From contig CAVXSS010000001.1 in assembly GCA_963764515.1 (NCBI GenBank), forward strand, positions 991,672 to 1,055,671: 64,000 bases of DNA, in the 5' to 3' direction. The notes under the pieces are model-generated. The model saw only the letters and a program-made list of their open reading frames with translations. It had not been told where the DNA came from and ran no database searches. Numbering within the stretch: position 1 is the first letter of the stretch; each line of letters opens with the position of its first letter. Source of the stretch: an uncultured Chloroflexia bacterium (GTDB lineage: Bacteria; Chloroflexota; Limnocylindria; Limnocylindrales; CSP1-4). Positions 1 through 9,791 of the stretch are shown here, piece after piece. Position numbers and translations under genes: made by a program.

Positions 1-220
1 AGGTCGCGTTCGGGCTGTAGACCTTGACGACATTCGAGGTGTACTTGATCGCCTCGGCGTAGGCCGAGTTCGCATCCGAGCGATACGAGGAGGTCGCGCC
101 GTGGGTGGCCCCGACGATGATGACGACCCTCGGGCCGGCTGGGGCGGCACTGGCCGCGGGCGCGAAGGCTCCCAATGCGGCGAGCATGGCAAAGACGAGA
201 ACGGCGACTGACTTGCGCAA
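1..220 (-). CDS. Secreted protein, 5' part only (runs off the window)
   Basis: Manual translation MRKSVAVLVFAMLAALGAFAPAASAAPAGPRVVIIVG...; TTG start with upstream GGAG; signal peptide with an AxA site. Confidence 0.75.
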   Translation of the reverse strand, partial: MRKSVAVLVFAMLAALGAFAPAASAAPAGPRVVIIVGATHGATSSYRSDANSAYAEAIKYTSNVVKVYSPNAT

Positions 221-359
221 GAGGACTCCGGGAGAGATGAGTGCGATGTCATCACTCTTGCCGGTCGATCGCCCGCGCCCAATCCCGGGAAGGTCCCGAC
301 GCTCGTAGGCCCATCGGGCCCACCCGAGTGGAGAGACGTGGGGCTAGGTGCGGTCCGGG

Positions 360-971
360 TCAGAACGCGCTGTCGCGCAGGCGCACCAGCAGGTCCGCGA
401 GGGGCGGGTTCGATCGGTCACGGTCCGAGAGGATCGGTCGACCGTCGGGGCTGCCCGGCGCGGGCGGCCAGGGCACGCCGACCGCCGGGTCGTCCCACGC
501 GAAGCCCATCTCGTCGGTGCCGTCGTATTCGTTGGTCACGAGGTACATCAGCCGGACCGGCTCGAGGGCCAGGAAGCCATGGGCCACCCCGGCCGGGATG
601 ACGACCCAATCGTCCTCGGCCAGTTCGCGTGTCTCGACCGTCGGCCTGGCGCTGCGCCCCTCGAGGACGGTGCGCACGTCCACGAGGGCCACCAGGGCAC
701 GCCCGGAGATGACGATCCAGTAGTCGAGCTGGCGGCGGTGGTAGTGGAGTCCGCGCAGGACGCCGGTCGCTGAGGTGGACAGGTTGGCCTGGACGAAGAC
801 CGGGCGCGAGCGCGGCGCTCCGGCGCCGGCAAGGCCGGCGTCGGCCGGGTCGATGGGATCGGACGCACTCGCCCGCCAGAGCTCCCGGAACGATCCTCGC
901 CGATCCTCCAGGCGCGCGACGGCACCGAATCGGACGCCGGGCAGGCCCGAGGCGGGGCGCTCGAGGCTCAT
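360..971 (-). CDS. rmlC: dTDP-4-dehydrorhamnose 3,5-epimerase
   Basis: DRRGSFRE, VLRGLHYH and GVAHGFLAL motifs; last gene of the rml cluster. Confidence 0.93.
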   Translation of the reverse strand: MSLERPASGLPGVRFGAVARLEDRRGSFRELWRASASDPIDPADAGLAGAGAPRSRPVFVQANLSTSATGVLRGLHYHRRQLDYWIVISGRALVALVDVRTVLEGRSARPTVETRELAEDDWVVIPAGVAHGFLALEPVRLMYLVTNEYDGTDEMGFAWDDPAVGVPWPPAPGSPDGRPILSDRDRSNPPLADLLVRLRDSAF

Positions 972-1897
972 CGGGCGACGCGATCCCGACGCCAGGCTCG
1001 CTCGAGCGTCGGGGCATAGTCGGCCATCGCGTCGGGCCAGGCCCGCAGCGGCTCCCCCGACGGTGTCGGCGTCGGCGCGAGGACGCCCCAGCGCGGCGGC
1101 GCCGAGGCCCGCTCCCAGGTCGCGCCCGGGACGCGCTCGACGGCGACCGCCAGCGAGAACCTGCCGACGACGTATTCGGCCCAATCGGCCCGTGTGGCGA
1201 CCAGGCCGTTCACCACGTGGTGGATCCCCGCGTGTGCGTCCTCGGCCAACAACGCCACGATCGCGTCCGCGACGTCGGCGGCGAACGTCGGAGTCCCCCA
1301 CTCATCGCCGACGACCCGGAGCGGTTCGCCGTCCGCTTCGGCACGCTCGGCCGCCTCGAGAATCTTCCGCGGGAAGTCGCGCCCGGGAGGACCGAACAGC
1401 CACGCGGTCCGGACCACGCCCAGCCGGCCGCCTCGATCGGCGCCGGTGTCGAGCGCGCCGAATGCGTCGGTCGCCGCGCGCTCGCCTGCCAGCTTGGACT
1501 CGCCGTACGGGTTGGCCGGCGATGTCGGATCGGTCGGGTCGTAGCCGACGCCGTCGGTCCGCCGCCCATCGAAGACCTCGTTGGTGGAGACGATGACCAG
1601 GTCGATCCCACGGTTCGCACAGGCGCTCGCGAGGACGCCGGTCGCGGCCCCGTTGCGCCGCTTGGCGAGCTCGGGTTCGCGGGCGCACCCATCGACATCG
1701 GTCCAGGCTGCCGTGTGCACGACGACCTCGGGACGGTCGCGTCCGAGTCGTTCCCCGACCGATCCGGGGGCGTCGAGGTCGAAGGCCGAACGGTCCCAGG
1801 CGAGGGGCCCGCCCGGTCCCGTGAACGGCGCATCCGAGAGGGCGGTCACCAGGGCGCTGCCCAGCCTGCCGGTCGCACCCGTCACCGCGACGCGCAT
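968..1897 (-). CDS. rmlD: dTDP-4-dehydrorhamnose reductase
   Basis: GATGRLG, AAWTDVDGCA, STNEVFDG and YGESK motifs. Confidence 0.93.
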   Translation of the reverse strand: MRVAVTGATGRLGSALVTALSDAPFTGPGGPLAWDRSAFDLDAPGSVGERLGRDRPEVVVHTAAWTDVDGCAREPELAKRRNGAATGVLASACANRGIDLVIVSTNEVFDGRRTDGVGYDPTDPTSPANPYGESKLAGERAATDAFGALDTGADRGGRLGVVRTAWLFGPPGRDFPRKILEAAERAEADGEPLRVVGDEWGTPTFAADVADAIVALLAEDAHAGIHHVVNGLVATRADWAEYVVGRFSLAVAVERVPGATWERASAPPRWGVLAPTPTPSGEPLRAWPDAMADYAPTLERAWRRDRVAR

Positions 1898-2973
1898 CAG
1901 CCGGTGGGGCGCTCGGTCGCCGCCGTCGCCTCGGCGCCGGCCAGCCGCGCCCCGTACTGGCGCTCGTAGTAGGCGTCCCAATCGCCGGAGCGAGCCGCGC
2001 GCCACCAGCCCTCGTTGGCGACGAACCAGTCGATGGTCACGGCGAGACCCTCGGCGAAGGCGGTCTTCGGTCGCCAGCCGAGACCGGCCAGCCGTGACCC
2101 GTCCATGGCGTAGCGCCGGTCGTGCCCGGGTCGATCCTCGACGTGACGGACCAGCGACCACGGCTTGTCAAGGCGATCGAGCAGCAACTGGACCGTGTCG
2201 CGGTTCGCCATCTCCGCCCCGCCCGGCAGGTTGTAGGTCTCGCCGCTCTTTCCGTGGCGAAGGACGAAGTCCACGCCGTCCGCGTGATCGGAGACGTACA
2301 GCCAGTCGCGACGCTGCAGGCCATCGCCATAGAGCGGCAGCGGCCGGTCGTCGATCGCGTTGGTGATGAAGAGCGGGATGAGCTTCTCGGGGTGGTGATA
2401 CGGGCCGTACGTGTTCGAGCCACGTGTCACCACCGCATCGATGCCGTGCGTGACGACGTAGCTGCGGACCAGCAGCTCACCGGCCGCCTTGGCCGCCGCG
2501 TAGGGCGAACGTGGGGCGAGGGCATCGCCCTCGTGGGACTCGCCGACCTCCACCGAGCCGTAGACCTCGTCCGTCGAGACCTGGAGAAGGCGCGGCGGCT
2601 CGGGCGCCGTGCGGCACGCTTCCAGCAGGACATGGACGCCGATCACCCCGGTCCGAAGGAACGCCTCCGGGTCCAGGATGGACCGATCGACGTGCGACTC
2701 CGCCGCGAAGTTGACGACGCCGTCCGCCTCGGCCACGAGGGGGGTCACGACCGCCGTGTCGGCGATATCGCCCTTCACGAACCGCAGGCGCGCCGCCAGT
2801 TCGGGGTCGGCGCGGACCGGCGCCAGGTTGGCCTCGTTCCCCGCGTACGTCATCTTGTCGAGGACCGTGATCCGGGTCCCGTCGCGGCGCGCCAGGACGT
2901 CGCGGACGTAGCACGACCCGATGAACCCGGCCCCGCCTGTCACCAGGAGGCGGCGGAACTCGCGGTCGGACAT
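1897..2973 (-). CDS. rmlB: dTDP-glucose 4,6-dehydratase
   Basis: GGAGFIG, FAAESHVDRSI, STDEVYG and RPGHDRRYA motifs. Confidence 0.96.
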   Translation of the reverse strand: MSDREFRRLLVTGGAGFIGSCYVRDVLARRDGTRITVLDKMTYAGNEANLAPVRADPELAARLRFVKGDIADTAVVTPLVAEADGVVNFAAESHVDRSILDPEAFLRTGVIGVHVLLEACRTAPEPPRLLQVSTDEVYGSVEVGESHEGDALAPRSPYAAAKAAGELLVRSYVVTHGIDAVVTRGSNTYGPYHHPEKLIPLFITNAIDDRPLPLYGDGLQRRDWLYVSDHADGVDFVLRHGKSGETYNLPGGAEMANRDTVQLLLDRLDKPWSLVRHVEDRPGHDRRYAMDGSRLAGLGWRPKTAFAEGLAVTIDWFVANEGWWRAARSGDWDAYYERQYGARLAGAEATAATERPTG

Positions 2974-2981
2974 CTGGATCG

Positions 2982-3743
2982 TCAGTCCGTGGGTCGCTCG
3001 ACCGGCGGTGCCAGCCGACCGGCCGCATCGTCGTCGCGGGCAAGCTCGGCGGCCCGCAGCAGCGAGGCGACGGTGCCCGCATCCGCCCAATGCCCGTCGT
3101 AGACGCGGCTGAACAGGCGTCCGCCCGGCACGTAGTGGTTCAGGACGTCGGTGATCTCGAACTCGCCGCGGCCCGACGGCGCGAGGTGCTCGATGACGTC
3201 GAACGCGTCGGGGCGCAGGAAGTAGACCCCGATCGGGATCAGGTCGCTCTTCGGGGCGGCAGGCTTCTCCTCGAAGCCGATCACACGCCCGTCCGCATCG
3301 AACTCCGCCACCCCGAACCGCTCCGGGTCGGGGACGCGGTACAGGAGCGTGCCCGCGCCATGCGGGCCGGCATCGAACTCCGAGGCGACGTCCGCCAGAT
3401 GGCGGCCGCGCAGGATGTTGTCACCGAGGATGCAGCAGAAGGAATCGTCACCGACGAAGCCGCGCGCCAGCCCGATGGCGTGGGCGATGCCCAGGGCGCC
3501 TCGCTGATATCGATACGTCAGGTCGAGCCCGAAATGGGAGCCATCCGCCAGCAGTTCGACCACGTCGCCGACGCTCTTGCCACCGACGATGACCAGCACC
3601 TCCCGGATGCCCATGCCGGCCAGGGTCTCGATCGGGTAGTAGATCATCGGCCGGTCGTAGATCGGCAGGAGATGCTTGTTCGTGACGATGGTCAGCGGAT
3701 AGAGCCGCGTCGCGGTCCCGCCAGCGAGGACGATGCCCTTCAT
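2982..3743 (-). CDS. rmlA: Glucose-1-phosphate thymidylyltransferase
   Basis: MKGIVLAGGTATRLYPLT, KHLLPIYDRPMIYYP, EKP and RGEFEITD motifs. Confidence 0.93.
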   Translation of the reverse strand: MKGIVLAGGTATRLYPLTIVTNKHLLPIYDRPMIYYPIETLAGMGIREVLVIVGGKSVGDVVELLADGSHFGLDLTYRYQRGALGIAHAIGLARGFVGDDSFCCILGDNILRGRHLADVASEFDAGPHGAGTLLYRVPDPERFGVAEFDADGRVIGFEEKPAAPKSDLIPIGVYFLRPDAFDVIEHLAPSGRGEFEITDVLNHYVPGGRLFSRVYDGHWADAGTVASLLRAAELARDDDAAGRLAPPVERPTD

Positions 3744-3804
3744 CGCGAGGAGCGTAGCAGGCGTCAGGAGCGGAAGCCCGCTCGGCCGAGCGGGGCCAGC
3801 CGGC

Positions 3805-4773
3805 TCAGGGCCCGGGCTTCGCGGTCTCGGCGGCGGGAGCGGGAGTGGGCGTGTAGCACGGCTGCTCACCCACCGGCAGCGTGCCGGAGCCGCTGCAGTC
3901 GATCGGCTGCTGCTCGATCGGTGGGAGGCCGCCCTCGTAGTCGAGGATGACCAGCACGTACTCGAGCAGGTCCAGGTCCGCGGTCGGCTGCAAGAAGGCG
4001 GTCTGGACGACGTCGTTGGCATCGCGCCGGACATCGACGACCTGGCCGATGAGGAGGCCCTTCGGATACGGCGACCGGATGCCGCTCGCGAGGGTGAGGC
4101 CGGCTGTCACGACCTCGTCGTTCAGGGCGACGCGCATGCTCGAGTCGATCTGGTTCATGACCAGGACGCCCCCAAGCTGGCCGACGACCTCGCCCGTGGC
4201 CGCGTTCGAGGCCAGCTGGCCGATGACCGTCGACTCGGCATCGGTCAGCAGCACGACCGTCGCGCTGCCGGGACCGATCTCGGTGATGCGTCCGGCGAGG
4301 GCGCCTCCGCCCGCGATGACGACGTCCCCGACCGCGAGGCCATCGGCGGTGCCCTTGTCGATGGTGACGCGCCGTCGGAACTCGTTGGACTCGCGACCGA
4401 TGACCGAGGCGGCGGTGGTCTTGAAATCGAAGCCGCTCTGCAGCTGCAGGAGCCCCGTCAGCTGGTCGTTCTCACGCTTGATCTCCTGGAGCCGGGCGTT
4501 CTCGTTGGACAAGCGCGTGTTCTCATCGTGCAGCGCGGCGTTGTCGATGCGTAGCCGATCGATCTCCGTGATGGCCGTGCCGACCGATGCGATCGCCCCG
4601 GCGATCTGGCCGAGGGCTGCCTGGGCCGGCCGAAAGGCGAAGCCGATGCCGTTCTGGAATTCCTGGACCGCCGGATTGGAGGAGAACGCCATCATCAGGA
4701 GCGTCGTCGCCAACAGCACGATGTAGGCGATCCCGCGTCGGCGTGCGGAGCGGTTGGCGAGCAACGAGGTCAT
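3805..4773 (-). CDS. mreC: Rod shape-determining protein MreC
   Basis: N-terminal TM, coiled coil, IDKGTADG and PKGLLIGQV; follows mreB. Confidence 0.93.
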   Translation of the reverse strand: MTSLLANRSARRRGIAYIVLLATTLLMMAFSSNPAVQEFQNGIGFAFRPAQAALGQIAGAIASVGTAITEIDRLRIDNAALHDENTRLSNENARLQEIKRENDQLTGLLQLQSGFDFKTTAASVIGRESNEFRRRVTIDKGTADGLAVGDVVIAGGGALAGRITEIGPGSATVVLLTDAESTVIGQLASNAATGEVVGQLGGVLVMNQIDSSMRVALNDEVVTAGLTLASGIRSPYPKGLLIGQVVDVRRDANDVVQTAFLQPTADLDLLEYVLVILDYEGGLPPIEQQPIDCSGSGTLPVGEQPCYTPTPAPAAETAKPGP

Positions 4774-4798
4774 GCTCGATCCCCTTGGTGGCGACCGC

Positions 4799-5851
4799 TC
4801 AGCGGGGCGGCCGCGAGTAGGTCTCGGCCACGAGCACGCGGTCCATGCCGTCGAGTTCCTGGAGGACGATGCCGGTCCCCCGGACGACGCAGGTCAACGG
4901 ATCGTCGGCGATGTGGACGGGCATCTGCGTGGCCTCCGCCACCCGCCGATCGAGGCCGGCGAGGAGGGCGCCGCCACCCGCGAGCACGATGCCCTGGTCC
5001 ATGATGTCGGCGACGAGCTCCGGCGGCGTCTCCTCGATCGTGTCCTTGACGGTATCGACGATCTGCGCGACCGACGGTTCGATGGCCTCGCGGATCTGGT
5101 CAGCGCCGACCTCGACGCTGCGCGGCAGGCCGGTCAACAGGTCCCGGCCGCGGAGGGTGACGCGCTGGGCGTCCCACTCGCCCGGGTAGGCCGATCCGAT
5201 CGCGATCTTGATGTCCTCGGCCGTTCGCTCGCCGAGGAACAGGTTGTACTCGCGACGCGCGAACGTGACGATGTCCTGGTCCATCTCGTCACCCCCGATG
5301 CGGATCGAGCGCGACACCACGATGCCGCCCAGGCTCAGCACCGCGACCTCGGTCGTGCCACCGCCGATGTCCACGATGAGGCTGCCGGACGGCTCGCTGA
5401 CCGGCAGACCGGCACCGATCGCGGCCGCCATGGGCTCCTCGATGAGTCGTGCCCATCGGGCCCCTGCGTTGAGGGCGGCGTCGCGAACGGCACGCTTCTC
5501 CACCTCGGTGACACCTGACGGGATGCCGAGCAGCATCCTCGGTCGCGGGATCAGCCCGATACGATCGTGCACCCGGTTCACGAAGTACTTGATCATCTGC
5601 TCGGTGACGTCGAAGTCGCTGATGACGCCGTCACGGAGCGGTCGGATCGCGATGATGTTCGCCGGGGTCCGGCCGACCATCCGCTTCGCCTCTGCCCCGA
5701 TCGCGAGGACGCGCCGCGTCTTGGCGTCGATGGCGACGACCGACGGTTCGCTCATGACGATGCCGCGGTCGCGGACGTGCACGAGCGTGTTGGCGGTACC
5801 GAGGTCGATGCCGATGTCGCGGGAGAAGAGGCCGAGGATGCGGTCGAACAT
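4799..5851 (-). CDS. mreB: Actin-like rod shape protein MreB
   Basis: IGIDLGTANT, EPMAAAIGAG, DIGGGTTEVA and GGGALL motifs. Confidence 0.98.
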   Translation of the reverse strand: MFDRILGLFSRDIGIDLGTANTLVHVRDRGIVMSEPSVVAIDAKTRRVLAIGAEAKRMVGRTPANIIAIRPLRDGVISDFDVTEQMIKYFVNRVHDRIGLIPRPRMLLGIPSGVTEVEKRAVRDAALNAGARWARLIEEPMAAAIGAGLPVSEPSGSLIVDIGGGTTEVAVLSLGGIVVSRSIRIGGDEMDQDIVTFARREYNLFLGERTAEDIKIAIGSAYPGEWDAQRVTLRGRDLLTGLPRSVEVGADQIREAIEPSVAQIVDTVKDTIEETPPELVADIMDQGIVLAGGGALLAGLDRRVAEATQMPVHIADDPLTCVVRGTGIVLQELDGMDRVLVAETYSRPPR

Positions 5852-6084
5852 GCTGGGGAAGGCGTCCTTCGTCGTGATCGGGTCGCGGCGCGGGCGCCGT
5901 CGGCGTCCAGGGGGCCGGGTCGCGCGGCGCGGGCGGCAAGCCCGGGCAGTATACGCGCTCGCCTCCGTGTGGCTGGGCGCGGTCGTTGATCGGCCGTGAC
6001 CCGCGGCCCGGACACCGGATCGTCGTGCGGGTCGACCCGGTTCCAGACACGCCCGACTGGGACGGGGACCCCGGATGCGTCGCG

Positions 6085-6837
6085 TCAGGCGCCCCGGTCC
6101 GAGGCTCGGGCGACGGACGTCGGACGGTCGAATGCGATCCCGCGATCGCGCAGCGAAACGTATGCGTCGTGGCCGATGACGAGGTGGTCGAGCAGGTTGA
6201 TGTCGAGCAGCCGACCGGCGGCCAGGGCCTCAGCCGTCAGGTGCAGGTCGTCGGGCGATGGTGTCGGGTCACCCGAGGGGTGGTTGTGGACCATGATCAG
6301 GCTTGCGGCGTTCAGCCGGACCGCATCGCGGAAGAGCTCGCCGATGCGAACGAGCGAGGCACTGACGTTGCCCTGGTAGACCGTCGCAACGCGGAGGACG
6401 TGGTTCTTGGTGTCGAGCATCACCACGCGCAGTTCCTCGCGTTCCAGCCGACCCATCTGGAGGATCAGCCGGTCGGCGACGTCGCCGGGTCCGCGGATCG
6501 ACCATCGACCGGCGGGCCAGTCGGCCAGCAGTCGCCGGCCGAGCTCGAACGCGGCCACCAGCTGAGCGGCGCGAGCCTCGCCGATCCCGCTCAACCCGGC
6601 AAGCTCGAGATCGGTGGCCCGCGCGAGGCCCGTGAGCCCGTCGTAGCGAACCAGGACATCGCCGGCAAGATCGACGGCGGATCGCCCGCGCGTCCCGGAT
6701 CCCCAGATGAGGGCCACGAGCTCGGCGGCGGTCAGCCCGGCCGCACCGCGAAGGGCCAGTCGTTCGCGCGGCCGCTCGGTGGCCGGGAGCTCACGGATCG
6801 CGCGCCCGTGGGTCGTCTGTTCGGTCGGATCGGTCAC
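6085..6837 (-). CDS. radC: RadC (UPF0758, JAB domain) protein
   Basis: ERPRERL, HhH region, HNHPSGDPTPSPDD and LLDHLVIG; GTG start after GGAGG. Confidence 0.95.
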   Translation of the reverse strand: MTDPTEQTTHGRAIRELPATERPRERLALRGAAGLTAAELVALIWGSGTRGRSAVDLAGDVLVRYDGLTGLARATDLELAGLSGIGEARAAQLVAAFELGRRLLADWPAGRWSIRGPGDVADRLILQMGRLEREELRVVMLDTKNHVLRVATVYQGNVSASLVRIGELFRDAVRLNAASLIMVHNHPSGDPTPSPDDLHLTAEALAAGRLLDINLLDHLVIGHDAYVSLRDRGIAFDRPTSVARASDRGA

Positions 6838-7020
6838 CGCGGCACCTCCCCTGGACGCTGGCACGGGCGGTCTCGGCGTCCCCGGGCCCGGACGACGGGA
6901 GCCCGCCGATTCCCCCCGCCATCCGGACCTCGAGGACGGGGCCAGACTACCGATGACCCCTCATCATCGACTCAACCGGCGCTTCGCCACCGCTCACCCG
7001 GGTCGGCACCACTCCCGCGC

Positions 7021-8013
7021 CTACGGTGCGAGCTCCCCGATGATCAACAGGATGCCGTTGAAGGCCATGTGGAGCCCGAGCGGCGCCCAGATCGAGCCTC
7101 GGCGAAGGAACAGCCAGCCGAGGGCCAGCGCGACCGGGAGGCGCGTGGTGAAGCCCACGACGGCGAGCCCGAACGCCTCCTGCGTGCTGCTCCCGGTCAC
7201 CGTGATGACGTGGGCCAGGGCAAAGACGAGGGCCGCCCGCAGGAGCCCCTGCCGCGCGCCCAGGGCACGCACCCAGGCCGTCGTGGCGAGACCGCGGAAA
7301 AGCAGTTCCTCACCGAGCGGCGCGAAGACCGCGCCGGCGGCGAACTGGAGACTGAAGCCGACCGCCTCGCCGGTGGGTGGCAGAGGGCTGACCGGGGTGA
7401 CGGGGAACAGCTGGAGGAGCACGACCGAGATCGGGATCGTGGCCACGATGACGGGGATGGCCCAGAGCGCGCCCCCGGCGAGCTCCGCGAGGGCACGTTT
7501 GTCGGGCGGGCGAACGCCCATCTCCGCCCACGTCAGCGCCCGCGTATCGACGACCAGGAGCCGGATCAGCCCGACATAGACCAGGGTCTGGACGACGACG
7601 GACAGGAGCCGGCCGAACGGGCTGTCGACCTCGACCCCCAGCGCAACCAGCGGCAGGCTGACCACGATGACGGCCACGAGCGACACGGGGATCGCGGCGA
7701 CGAAGACCAGGAGCGGTGACGGACCCTGGTACGGGAGATCGCCGCGTGCGCGCCGCTCGATCCCCTGCGAGCCCGCGGCGGCGATCAGGCCGATCGACAG
7801 CACGACGAGACCGGCGAGCAACAGCACGACCGCTCCGCCACCGGCCCGCGACATCACGCCGATGACGACGATGCCGAGTCCCAGGATCGTGGCCAGCCAG
7901 CCGACGATGAAGAGGGCCGGGGCCGCGCGACCTTCGATGGTGAACGTGGTCGCGCCGGGCCGAGGTGGCGGTGTCGGCTCCGGGTCGGGTCCCGCCCCGT
8001 CGGGCGCGGTCAA
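7021..8013 (-). CDS. CPBP (CAAX/Abi) family intramembrane glutamic endopeptidase
   Basis: EELLFRG, FALAH and HMAFN motifs; multi-TM. Confidence 0.9.
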   Translation of the reverse strand: MTAPDGAGPDPEPTPPPRPGATTFTIEGRAAPALFIVGWLATILGLGIVVIGVMSRAGGGAVVLLLAGLVVLSIGLIAAAGSQGIERRARGDLPYQGPSPLLVFVAAIPVSLVAVIVVSLPLVALGVEVDSPFGRLLSVVVQTLVYVGLIRLLVVDTRALTWAEMGVRPPDKRALAELAGGALWAIPVIVATIPISVVLLQLFPVTPVSPLPPTGEAVGFSLQFAAGAVFAPLGEELLFRGLATTAWVRALGARQGLLRAALVFALAHVITVTGSSTQEAFGLAVVGFTTRLPVALALGWLFLRRGSIWAPLGLHMAFNGILLIIGELAP

Positions 8014-8660
8014 CGCTCTGGCAGCGGGTCCTGCGCGGGCGCCGTCCGGGCGCTTCCCCCCGCGGCCATCGGTGTCCGGACCGATGGGCGGATCTGCGCC
8101 GGCGCCGAGGCCGTGGCCGCGATCCGGCCCCCAGTTTCACGCCGGCTCGAGGTCGGCTCCAACACCGCGGCCGCGATCTCTCGGCGCTCGAAGTCCTTGC
8201 CGCACCAGGCGCACAGCGACCAGTCCATCCCGACCAGGCGGCTGCAGTTCGGGCACACCCGGTTCAGCCGCGTGCGGCAGCTCGGGCAGATGATCCATTC
8301 GTCGTTGATGCGCCGGTCGCAGCCAGGGCAGTGGTGGATGGCATCGACCTCGGCCAACAGCGCCTCTTCCGCCAGGTTGCGCTCCCACACCTCGCCGATC
8401 TTCTCGTGCGGTCGGATGATCTTGTAGACCCACACTGCGAGGATGAAGAAGATGGGGGTGAAGAGGATGATCCCGGTCGCCGCGAGGTACGGGAGGATGA
8501 CGTTGTCCGAGCGCTGCTGCATGTCCCGGAACGCCCAGTAGGCCGTGGCCAGCCAGATGACGACCAGGTAGATGCCGATCGCGCGGATGCCGAACTGGAC
8601 GATCGGGCTGCCGAAGATGCCACCGATCGTGTCGCCGATCTGAGCGAGGATCTGGTCCAT
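8010..8660 (-). CDS. Membrane-anchored double zinc-ribbon protein
   Basis: Two N-terminal TMs, then CPGC/CPSC/CPNC/CAWC. Confidence 0.85.
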   Translation of the reverse strand: MDQILAQIGDTIGGIFGSPIVQFGIRAIGIYLVVIWLATAYWAFRDMQQRSDNVILPYLAATGIILFTPIFFILAVWVYKIIRPHEKIGEVWERNLAEEALLAEVDAIHHCPGCDRRINDEWIICPSCRTRLNRVCPNCSRLVGMDWSLCAWCGKDFERREIAAAVLEPTSSRRETGGRIAATASAPAQIRPSVRTPMAAGGSARTAPAQDPLPER

Positions 8661-8829
8661 GGCGCCTGGTCAGGTGCCTCCATGCCGCGTCTAGGGCGTG
8701 GATCCGTCCGGATGTTGCCGGTCGCCGGCCACGTCCGGCGCAGTGTAGCAGGGGTCGCGGGGGCCCTCGGTCGGGGTCGCCGGCCGGTCAGATCGGGTCG
8801 TCGAGGGCCCGTCCCCCCACCGGAATCCG

Positions 8830-9753
8830 TCAGACGGACCGATCGTCCGCTTCGTGACGGTCGCGCCAGGCGGAGGCGAGGCCCGTGGCCGTCAGCACGA
8901 GTCCGCCGACGGTGACGACCAGCACCCCGATCCCGGCACCGAGCGGACCGACGACGTACGGCCACACGAGGCCCAGGCTGAAGACCCCGAGCGCGAGTCC
9001 GGCCAAACCGGTACGAAGGGAAACCGGGATCCGGTTCGGCAGGATGGACACGGCCATGACGGCCACGGCCCACAGGAGGACCAGGATGTGGCCCGGGCCG
9101 GCCAGGCCCCACGTGTCGAACAGGCCCGAGACGCCCTTGGCGCCGATGACCGACGACGACCAGGGCATGAGCATCCCGAACGCGATCAGCCCGGACCCGG
9201 CGGCGGTCGCGTACCCGATCGCGTGGTCCAGCCCGGCGAGATCGAACGCCGGGCGTGCAATTCCCGGCTCGCTCGTGGCCGGGCCGGGCGCGGCTCCAGC
9301 GTGCGGGATGGCCGGGGGCGGCGGGGAAACGGGCGCCGGAACCGGCAGCGGCGCGGACACCGGTGTCCCGGGCGGGAGGTAGCCGCCGTCGGACGTCGCG
9401 GCGGCGGCGGCGACTGGCCCGGCCGCCCCCGAGACGTCGAACTCTGTCTGGCGGATCGAACTCGGCGTCATCGGGATGGCCGGACCACGGCCTTCGGGTG
9501 AGGCCGTGCCAGGAACCTGCGCGCCATCGGACGACGTTTCAGGCAGCGACTGGCTCTGGATCCGGGCCGGGGCCATGGCCGACGGATCGTCGCCAGGGTC
9601 GTGGTCTGCGAGAACGCGATCGACGACCGGGCCGGTCGGACGCGCGACCCCGACGGCCAGCAACGCAAGCGACGCGCCGCACGAGGGACATGCGGAACGT
9701 CCCGACGGAACGGTCTCGCCGCAGTCGGGGCAGACGATCGAGCGAGGAAGCAT
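8830..9753 (-). CDS. Zinc ribbon, Pro-rich linker and 4-TM membrane protein
   Basis: MLPRSIVCPDC..CPSC, Pro/Ala linker, hydrophobic C-terminus; GAGGT RBS. Confidence 0.75.
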   Translation of the reverse strand: MLPRSIVCPDCGETVPSGRSACPSCGASLALLAVGVARPTGPVVDRVLADHDPGDDPSAMAPARIQSQSLPETSSDGAQVPGTASPEGRGPAIPMTPSSIRQTEFDVSGAAGPVAAAAATSDGGYLPPGTPVSAPLPVPAPVSPPPPAIPHAGAAPGPATSEPGIARPAFDLAGLDHAIGYATAAGSGLIAFGMLMPWSSSVIGAKGVSGLFDTWGLAGPGHILVLLWAVAVMAVSILPNRIPVSLRTGLAGLALGVFSLGLVWPYVVGPLGAGIGVLVVTVGGLVLTATGLASAWRDRHEADDRSV

Positions 9754-9791
9754 GGGCACCTCGGATCCGCGCCCAGCGCAATCGGGCGTGC

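Noticed and set aside
6838-7020. c-di-AMP (ydaO) or other riboswitch upstream of radC
   Set aside because: Only a GGGGGGAATC fragment resembles it; the other conserved elements are missing.
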